Notes under the pieces: generated by a model
Database searches by the model: none
Told to the model about the DNA's origin: nothing
What the model saw: the letters and a program-made list of their open reading frames with translations, nothing else
Position numbers and translations under genes: made by a program
Part shown: positions 57,893 to 64,000 of the stretch, one piece after another
Layout: the number at the start of each line of letters is the position of its first letter
Position numbering within the stretch: the stretch's first letter is position 1
Source: Candidatus Saccharimonadales bacterium
GTDB lineage: Bacteria > Patescibacteriota > Saccharimonadia > Saccharimonadales > EFPC-124
Reading direction: 5' to 3'
DNA length: 64,000 nt
NCBI GenBank assembly: GCA_050730875.1
Contig: JBOHNX010000001.1
Coordinates: forward strand, 361,972 to 425,971

Positions 57893-58804
57893 TCAGACGA
57901 CAGCTTTGCCGGCCGAACCAAAGGTCTCGATTTTTTCTTCGACAACTTCTTGCACGGCTTCGTAGACGGTGGGCATTAGTTTTACGACGGCGTATTCGTC
58001 TGGATTATCTGCCAATACTTTTTCGAGCGTTTTGCGGAAGGTGTAGCGCATGTCGGAATTTATGTTGACTTTACTAACGCCAATTTTGGCGGCCTCTTTA
58101 AAATAGTGGCCCGGCGTGCCACTGCCGCCGTGGAGGCTAATGTTACAAGCGATTGCGTCGCGAATGTGCTGCAGTAGTTCGAGGTCGAGCTCTTTCGGCA
58201 CTGGGTACTTGCCGTGCAAGTTACCGACGGCTGCGGCAAACGTATCTATACCAGTTGCTTCTACGAATTTTTTAGCACCTTCTGGTGTTGAAAACGTTTT
58301 CTTCACCTCTTCGTAATCGATCGCTTCGGTATGGACGTTAGAACTACCCATAAAGTAATGCGGTTCGGCTTCTACGAGTGCACCGGTGAATTTGGCGTAG
58401 GCAACGACTTCTTTAGTTTTGGCGATAATTTCTTCGTCGGGCGCTTCGTGATTGGCTTGGCTAATGTCGATATGAATAAATTCAAACCCCGTATCGATAG
58501 CCCGCTTACAATCTTCAACCGTTGGACTGTGGTCCAGGTTTATGTACATTTCGATGCCGTATTCTGCTTTGTAGTTGTCCACCATGTCACGAATGTTCTC
58601 GAGGCCAATCGCCTTCACTTCACCATGGCTCACTTCTACCAAAACAGGTGATTTTAGCTTTTGGGCTGCTTGGCACACGGCAATCAGTGTTTCTTGGTTG
58701 TCGATATTAAATGCACCGACTGCAAAGTGCTGCTGGCGGCAGCGCTGCATTAAGTGGCGTGCTCGTATGCAGTTGTCGCGAATTTCCCGTATCGTTAAAC
58801 CCAC
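57893..58804 (-). CDS. fba: Class II fructose-bisphosphate aldolase
   Basis: FAVGAFNIDN, LDHS, and LHGGSG motifs. GTG start with AGGAGG 5 nt upstream. Confidence 0.92.
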   Translation of the reverse strand: MGLTIREIRDNCIRARHLMQRCRQQHFAVGAFNIDNQETLIAVCQAAQKLKSPVLVEVSHGEVKAIGLENIRDMVDNYKAEYGIEMYINLDHSPTVEDCKRAIDTGFEFIHIDISQANHEAPDEEIIAKTKEVVAYAKFTGALVEAEPHYFMGSSNVHTEAIDYEEVKKTFSTPEGAKKFVEATGIDTFAAAVGNLHGKYPVPKELDLELLQHIRDAIACNISLHGGSGTPGHYFKEAAKIGVSKVNINSDMRYTFRKTLEKVLADNPDEYAVVKLMPTVYEAVQEVVEEKIETFGSAGKAVV

Positions 58805-58813
58805 CCTGGCCTC

Positions 58814-59536
58814 CTATCTTTCTGCTTTTACTGTAAATTTTGCTAGTAGTTGTTCGAATTCTGCTTTTTTGGCATCCCACACATCAGCTTTGCAGGTTGC
58901 CGTAATCGCTGCAACTTGGTCACCGAGTCGTTTGTAAATAAGCAAGCTCTGCTTTTTCTTTACGTCAACGCCGGGCAAATTAATATCTTGCGTGAAGTGC
59001 ATTGAGCTAAAAGTGTATTCGCGTTGGTCGGTGGCATCTTTCAGTTTGTATTCGGTACCGTCAGTCGGAGCGTTAGTAGTTACGCCGTCTGTGTCATATT
59101 TTTTAGATAAGTTCACAACCGATTCTTTTGGTGCGCGGCCAAGCGGTCCTCCCAGGGTGATAATGCTGGTTACCAAGCTGCAACCTGCGGCTGTATCGTC
59201 GTATAAAACTTGTGCGGCACCTGGGATATTGTAATCACGTTTGGCGTAGGTAGCAGGTAGATCTGCCGGGACGACAAGACTAGCATTCTTTACGAGTTGG
59301 GCGTCTTCACCGGGCTTGCTAACAGTTTGTTGCTCGGCTGGTTTCGTAAAGAACCACGCCACATAACCGCCGGCCCCGAGCAGCAATAGAACCGACAAAA
59401 CCAAGCCTACGGCAACAGCAGTGGCTTTTCGCGAATGCAAAACAGGAGCAGGAGTCGCCGGATGTTCAACCTTTTTTGGCTGTTCACTTGGCGGTTCTTG
59501 CTGTTCTGGTTCTGGCGTATACGACGTTGTGTACAT
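58814..59536 (-). CDS. Hypothetical membrane-anchored protein (240 aa)
   Basis: Pro/Glu-rich N-terminus, one TM helix (AVAVGLVLSVLLLLGAGGYVAWFF), then an extracytoplasmic domain. It is embedded in the sugar-phosphate cluster. Confidence 0.6.
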   Translation of the reverse strand: MYTTSYTPEPEQQEPPSEQPKKVEHPATPAPVLHSRKATAVAVGLVLSVLLLLGAGGYVAWFFTKPAEQQTVSKPGEDAQLVKNASLVVPADLPATYAKRDYNIPGAAQVLYDDTAAGCSLVTSIITLGGPLGRAPKESVVNLSKKYDTDGVTTNAPTDGTEYKLKDATDQREYTFSSMHFTQDINLPGVDVKKKQSLLIYKRLGDQVAAITATCKADVWDAKKAEFEQLLAKFTVKAER

Positions 59537-59544
59537 GATTTTTC

Positions 59545-60528
59545 CTAATGATGATACTGTGGCATTCGCTCAACCCATTCGTGCGCTTGCATGGCGATGT
59601 GCGTACCTGTTAAGCCAAAGTGTTTTAGTAATTCATCTGGTGCGCCCGATTCGCCAAAACGGTCCTGCATACCCATGCGCAGCACTGGCATTGGCAGGCG
59701 TTCACTCAGCAATTCGCACACGGCGCTGCCAAAACCGGCCGCAACTTGCGCTTCTTCAACCGTAATTACGCGGCCACATTTGTGGGCGCTGCCCAAAATG
59801 GTGTCGGCATCCATTGGCTTTATGGTCGGCACATGCACGACTTCGGTGTGAATGCCGTCTTTTTCTAATATCTGCGCAGCAACTAAAGCTTGGTACGTCA
59901 TGGTGCCGGTTGCCATGATGGCGAGATCGTGACCTTCTTTTAGAACATAGGCTTTACCGAGTTCAAACGGTGTGTGCTCAGTCGTAAAAACTGGTGTTTT
60001 TTCGCGCGCGAGGCGCAAGTAAGTTGGTTTACCATTTTGGGCGATGGCTAGCGTCGCTTTTTCGGCTTCTACGCTGTCCGCAGGTGCTACGACCACCATG
60101 TTTGGCAGCGCGCGCATTAAGGCAATATCTTCGAGCATTTGGTGTGTGGCGCCATCTGGTCCAACCGAAATTCCGGCGTGCGAGCCAACGATTTTCACTG
60201 GACGATCGTTCAATGCAATTGTGGTACGGATTTGCTCCCAGTTGCGGCCGGGGCTAAATGCAGCGTAGCTGCTAGTGAATGGAATTTTGCCCATGCCGGC
60301 CATACCACTGGCGACGGTCACCAGGTTTTGCTCGGCGACGCCCATTTCTACAAAGCGCTCTGGGAACGCTTCGGCGAATTCGATCATACGGGTCGATTCG
60401 GTTAAATCGGCGCAGAGCCCAACGACTTCCGGCCAGCGTTTACCAGCTTCTAACAAACCGCGACCAAAGCCAGCGCGGATTGGCTCTTTTTTGATATCCT
60501 CACTGGCAATGTTGTCGACCAAATGCAT
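59545..60528 (-). CDS. Transketolase, C-terminal (pyrimidine-binding) subunit
   Basis: Split-type transketolase. FVEMGVAEQN and GPDGATHQ motifs. TAATG overlap with the N-terminal subunit. Confidence 0.93.
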   Translation of the reverse strand: MHLVDNIASEDIKKEPIRAGFGRGLLEAGKRWPEVVGLCADLTESTRMIEFAEAFPERFVEMGVAEQNLVTVASGMAGMGKIPFTSSYAAFSPGRNWEQIRTTIALNDRPVKIVGSHAGISVGPDGATHQMLEDIALMRALPNMVVVAPADSVEAEKATLAIAQNGKPTYLRLAREKTPVFTTEHTPFELGKAYVLKEGHDLAIMATGTMTYQALVAAQILEKDGIHTEVVHVPTIKPMDADTILGSAHKCGRVITVEEAQVAAGFGSAVCELLSERLPMPVLRMGMQDRFGESGAPDELLKHFGLTGTHIAMQAHEWVERMPQYHH

Positions 60529-61373
60529 TATTCGTGCTCCCCTGTAATCTTGCCGTTTAAGCTACGGAGTTTCTTAAGCGCTTCTTTGGCTTGCTCAGAG
60601 TTTGGTGGTGCGCCGTGCCAGTGGTAGTCGTATTCCATAAATGGCACACCTTTGCCTGGGATAGTGTGGGCAATAATAACCGTTGGCGCTTCTACGATCG
60701 CGCGGGCCATGCTGCAGGCATCGATAATGCTCTCCATATTGTGACCATCAATTTCGATGACGTGCCAGCCAAAAGCCTCCCACTTAGCGCGCAAATTTTC
60801 GAGCGGCATAATATCTTCGGTGTTGCCATCTATCTGGATATTGTTGCGATCAACAATGGCAATGAGATTGTGCAATTTGTACTTGGCGGCAAACATCGCG
60901 CCTTCCCAAAAGTTGCCTTCGTCGTGCTCGCCATCGCTGGTAATGCAGTAGACCCAGCGCGTATGGTTATTGTCCATCAGCAGCGCTTTTGCCATGCCGG
61001 CAGCTTGGCTCAAACCACTGCCGAGTGGGCCGGAAGTTGTTTCGATACCAGGTAAACGTGTGCGTTCTGGGTGACCTTGCAGGCGGCTACCAAATCGGCG
61101 GAGGGTTTTGAGCTCTTCCTTAGGAAAGTATCCGGCGTGCGCCATGGTTACGTAGCGTATGGGGGTACAATGGCCGTTGCTCAAAATAAGAATGTCGCGT
61201 TCGTCCCAATCTGGATTTTTTGGGTCGTGCTTTAAGATATTGAAATACAGCGCGGTAAAAATGTCCGCCAAATCTAGCGGCCCAGCCGAATGCCCGCTAC
61301 CGGCATGTTCGAGCATCTTAATAAGATCAATACGAATCTCATTAGCTTTCTTTTCGAGCTGGGGAATAGTCAT
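60528..61373 (-). CDS. Transketolase, N-terminal (thiamine-diphosphate-binding) subunit
   Basis: SGHSAGPL, SNGH, SDGEHDEGNFWEG (GDG-like) and DRNNIQIDG motifs. Confidence 0.93.
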   Translation of the reverse strand: MTIPQLEKKANEIRIDLIKMLEHAGSGHSAGPLDLADIFTALYFNILKHDPKNPDWDERDILILSNGHCTPIRYVTMAHAGYFPKEELKTLRRFGSRLQGHPERTRLPGIETTSGPLGSGLSQAAGMAKALLMDNNHTRWVYCITSDGEHDEGNFWEGAMFAAKYKLHNLIAIVDRNNIQIDGNTEDIMPLENLRAKWEAFGWHVIEIDGHNMESIIDACSMARAIVEAPTVIIAHTIPGKGVPFMEYDYHWHGAPPNSEQAKEALKKLRSLNGKITGEHE

Positions 61374-61555
61374 ATTGGTTATGATTATAGTTACCTAACT
61401 TCCAGATGGGAATATTGACATAAGCATATACTGATTGCATTACTACACAGTGGCATCTACCAATGCGCCCAAAAGGTCAAAAGCGAAATATCTATTTGTC
61501 GCAAAACAAGCATTATGCTTTGGTGGTATCGTGGGGTCTTTGTGGAAGGGAGAAC

Positions 61556-61864
61556 ATGATGTCGCTCAAGCCCACCACTTCGAAAGTAAAGCAAAAGGGC
61601 GTCATAACATTGCAAGCCAGGCTACACGAGCATTGCACCGCCACCCGTGAAGATGTCTGGCGGGCGCTGACCCGAATTCGCCACTCCTGGATACAGGCCA
61701 TCGTCGAATACACGCGGTCAGACGGAAACTACGAGCACTGTATCCGTTACCCCAAGGGCTTCGAGCTCTTGATGGTCATTCCGCCCGGCTCCACCTGCAC
61801 TCAGAATCAATTCGATTTCCATTTGCAGGAGTTCCGCATGGAAATCGCAAAGTGTTTTGAGTGA
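61556..61864 (+). CDS. Hypothetical orphan protein (102 aa from ATG 61556)
   Basis: This is the only plus-strand ORF in the cluster. GGAAGGGAG lies 3-4 nt upstream of ATGATG. There is no family match. Competing short ORFs occupy the same gap, so coding status is uncertain. Confidence 0.35.
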   Translation: MMSLKPTTSKVKQKGVITLQARLHEHCTATREDVWRALTRIRHSWIQAIVEYTRSDGNYEHCIRYPKGFELLMVIPPGSTCTQNQFDFHLQEFRMEIAKCFE

Positions 61865-61868
61865 CTGC

Positions 61869-61906
61869 GCTGGCGCCGGGGAGTTACGATGCTCCCTGGC
61901 GCCAGC
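61869..61906. terminator. GC-rich hairpin between the convergent orphan ORF and rpe (no clear U-tract)
   Basis: GCTGGCGCCGGGGAG (61869-61883) pairs with CTCCC-T-GGCGCCAGC (61892-61906). Confidence 0.4.
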
Positions 61907-61909
61907 CGC

Positions 61910-62566
61910 CTACACTTCGATATTCAATTTATCTAGCAATTCAGTAAGGCGTTTATACGCTTCAGCTGGATCTTCGGCGCGTTGAATGTAACCGCCGACA
62001 TTAAGTACCTCTACACCGCCTAGTGCAAGCTGGGCAGCGTTCTCACCACTCACGCCACCATCCCAGCCTATTTCGACGTTGGCATTAATTGAGCGGATTG
62101 GGCCAATTTTGCGTAGCATTTCCATGTCGGCCTGGCCGCCAAAGTGGCCAAGATCACCGCTAAAAATAAGCACGTGGTCAACCTCACCAATAATATCGCG
62201 AAAGTCGTTTGGGTTAGATTCTTTGAGCAAGGCCACGCCGCATTTGATATTGACCGCGCGCAACTGGCGCATCATGCCTAGTAAGTCACCCTCGGCTTCG
62301 GCGTGCACAATAACCAAGTGGGGCTGCAAGCTTATGATTGTCTCGGTATGTTCGGCCGGTTTTTTAAGCATAAGATGCAGGTCGGCCAAAATTTCTTCTG
62401 GCCAGTAGACTTGCACAGGGTTAACGGTGCGAACTGGCGCAAATTCGCCATCCGCCAGATCAATTTGTACTCGCTTAGCAAACGGCGCAATGCGAGCCAT
62501 TTGCTCGCGATAGGCGTGCGGGTTTTCGGCTAGAACAGTCGGGCAGATGATTGCGCTAGAGCTCAT
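61910..62566 (-). CDS. rpe: Ribulose-phosphate 3-epimerase family protein
   Basis: IDLADGEF, HLM, VHAEA and IGWDGGV correspond to the RPE barrel motifs (VDVMDGHF, HLMV, FHxEA, xDGG). AAGGAGG lies 7 nt upstream of the ATG. Confidence 0.85.
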   Translation of the reverse strand: MSSSAIICPTVLAENPHAYREQMARIAPFAKRVQIDLADGEFAPVRTVNPVQVYWPEEILADLHLMLKKPAEHTETIISLQPHLVIVHAEAEGDLLGMMRQLRAVNIKCGVALLKESNPNDFRDIIGEVDHVLIFSGDLGHFGGQADMEMLRKIGPIRSINANVEIGWDGGVSGENAAQLALGGVEVLNVGGYIQRAEDPAEAYKRLTELLDKLNIEV

Positions 62567-62721
62567 ATGTCAACCTCCTTTCGGACCGAAACCACCAGAT
62601 TGCCGAGCGAAAACTGCGAAACGGGAGGAAGCATAGCCGTAGCTACGCTGACGAGTGGTTCGCAGTTTGCAGCCGGCAAGGTGGGGGTTGGAGGTGGAAG
62701 GAGTGTTGACATATGAGCTCT
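62558..62721 (-). promoter_or_regulatory. Long imperfect hairpin sequestering the rpe SD and start codon (candidate translational-coupling or riboregulatory element)
   Basis: A 17-bp perfect helix 62558-62574/62705-62721 plus a 6-bp helix 62575-62580/62698-62703 (one bulged T). Inner helices: 62592-62596/62680-62684, 62600-62605/62674-62679 and 62611-62620/62659-62668. Confidence 0.6.
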
Positions 62722-63170
62722 CAGCCGTAGAGTTCCTCGATTTCGTGAATACGGCGGGTGTGGCGGGCTGCTTTTGAAAACGGCGTGCGTAGCCAGGTTT
62801 CGATGACGTTAAAGGCTTCTTCCTCGCTCAGCGCGCGGGCTGGAACACATAGCACGTTGCTGTCGTTGTCGTTACGAGTTTCTTTTGCGCTGGTCTCATC
62901 CCAACAAAGCGAAGCGCGAATACCGCGAACGCGATTGGCAGCAATGCACATACCTTGCCCGCTGCCACAAAGCAGCAATGCGCGCGGGTCAGGATCTTCG
63001 CTGCCCAGCACTTTGGTTACAGCTGCGTAGGCAAACTGCGGATAATCGTCCTCTGGGTCGAGGACTTTATTGCCAACATCTTCGACATCATAGCCGTTCT
63101 TACTCAAGTAAGCCATGACTTTCTCTTTTAGATGGAACCCTGCGTGGTCTGAAGCAATAAAAACCTTCAT
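62721..63170 (-). CDS. rpiB: Ribose-5-phosphate isomerase B
   Basis: MKVFIASDHAGFHLKE...LLCGSGQGMCIAANR signature. ATG 63170 is preferred over the track's GTG 63176. Confidence 0.92.
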   Translation of the reverse strand: MKVFIASDHAGFHLKEKVMAYLSKNGYDVEDVGNKVLDPEDDYPQFAYAAVTKVLGSEDPDPRALLLCGSGQGMCIAANRVRGIRASLCWDETSAKETRNDNDSNVLCVPARALSEEEAFNVIETWLRTPFSKAARHTRRIHEIEELYG

Positions 63171-63177
63171 ACTCACC

Positions 63178-64000
63178 TTATTTTAACGTTTTTCCAAGAT
63201 CTGCAACTACTTCGACGAGGCGATTACTGTAACCCCACTCGTTATCATACCAAGCTACCACTTTTAGCATGTTGCCGCCCATAACAGCGGTCAGCGGCAG
63301 GTCGACGATGGCTGAGTGGCTATTACCTTTGTAGTCGCTCGACACCAGCGGCTCTTCGCTGACAGCCAAAATGCCTTGGTAGTACGGGGTTTTGGCGGCT
63401 TTTTTAAAGACATCATTTACTTCTTCGACGGTGACATTCTTTTTGGTGATAAATGTAAAGTCAGCCAAGCTTACCACTGGGGTGGGAACCCGAATGCTGA
63501 GGCCGCCAAAGATACCTTCGAGTGCTGGCAGTGCTTTAGCTGCAGCAATCGATGCGCCGGTAGTTGTGGGCACGATGTTCTCGGCAGCAGCGCGCGCTTC
63601 GCGAAGGTCTTTGGCAGGTGCATCTTGCAAACGCTGGCTGGCGGTGTAGCTGTGCACGGTGGTCATCATGGCTTTTTCGATACCAAAGTGACTCTCAACC
63701 ACGGCTGCGACCGGCGTAATGCAGTTCGTCGTGCAACTAGCATTGCTAATCACTGCTTTTTCGGTGTCCAGCTTTTCTTCATTGACGCCAAGCACGATTG
63801 TTTCGGCACCCTCGCCCTTGGCTGGCGCCGAGATCACTACCTTTTTCGCACCGGCTGGGTCAATGTGTGCCTTGGCTTTGGCTGGGTCGACAAAGAAACC
63901 GGTTGATTCGATAACTACATCGACACCATGTGCGCCCCATGGCAAATTAGCCGGATCTTTTTCGGCCAGGACTTTAATATGCTGACCCTTTACCGTAATT
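63178..64000 (-). CDS. gap: Glyceraldehyde-3-phosphate dehydrogenase, 5'-truncated by the window edge
   Basis: SNASCTTNC active site and WYDNEWGYS C-terminal motif. The reading frame stays open to position 64000 (ITVKGQHIKVLAEKDPANLPWG precedes the track's first Met). Confidence 0.93.
   Translation of the reverse strand, partial: ITVKGQHIKVLAEKDPANLPWGAHGVDVVIESTGFFVDPAKAKAHIDPAGAKKVVISAPAKGEGAETIVLGVNEEKLDTEKAVISNASCTTNCITPVAAVVESHFGIEKAMMTTVHSYTASQRLQDAPAKDLREARAAAENIVPTTTGASIAAAKALPALEGIFGGLSIRVPTPVVSLADFTFITKKNVTVEEVNDVFKKAAKTPYYQGILAVSEEPLVSSDYKGNSHSAIVDLPLTAVMGGNMLKVVAWYDNEWGYSNRLVEVVADLGKTLK

Noticed and set aside
62712-62729. Plus-strand mini-ORF ATGAGCTCTCAGCCGTAG (MSSQP*) with an AAGGAG SD, antisense to the rpiB 3' end
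   Set aside because: It exists only because the right arm of the rpiB-rpe hairpin mirrors the rpe initiation region. There is no plus-strand promoter evidence, and five codons is too short to support as a gene.

Overview
This 64-kb window is densely packed, mostly minus-strand housekeeping DNA from a small-genome, Gram-positive-like bacterium. Gene content and synteny suggest a Patescibacteria/CPR, Saccharibacteria-like organism, but that is inference only. The standard genetic code applies, since TGA is used as a stop (rpiB, fba, DUF948 gene).

Gene content in map order:
- The str operon tail (rpsL-rpsG-fusA), then rpoB-rpoC, with clpP and tig directly upstream of rpoB.
- hisS, a patatin-like phospholipase, and one tRNA-Leu(UAG).
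- A recG / PLC-P1-nuclease-like / rsmD operon, then tyrS and a class A PBP.
- A Firmicute-like clpC / HExxH protein / radA / PIN-TRAM(yacL) block.
- nusA, pepN, yraN-rnhB, rplS, a malic enzyme, and an orphan PilB/GspE ATPase.
- A SpoU methyltransferase, a CAP-domain protein, a DUF402 protein and dnaE.
- A DUF948/YtxH/GlsB small stress-membrane cluster, then galU.
- gatC-gatA-(inserted ORF)-gatB, then uvrB.
- A sugar-phosphate cluster: SLOG/TIGR00725 protein, 415-aa unknown, PfkB kinase, class II fba, split transketolase, rpe, rpiB, gap.

I found no rRNA, CRISPR array, transposase or integrase.

Most interesting signals:
1. A roughly 164-nt rod-like inverted repeat between rpiB and rpe. Its 23-bp basal helix pairs the rpe SD, ATG and codons 2-3 with a sequence that starts at the last base of the rpiB stop codon.
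2. Two letter-perfect CIRCE (HrcA) operators, each wrapped around a TTGCAT-17-TATACT promoter. They sit in front of clpP and clpC rather than chaperone genes.
3. A recurrent pattern of -10 boxes, often TGn-extended, 6-10 nt upstream of ATGs that lack an SD. This suggests widespread leaderless mRNAs.
4. An intrinsic-terminator attenuator in the nusA leader.
5. A TyrRS whose HIGH motif reads TVGN.
6. tRNA-Leu 3'-end duplicates that look like att scars.

All coordinates and base-pair counts were read by hand from the sequence. Functional interpretations are hypotheses.
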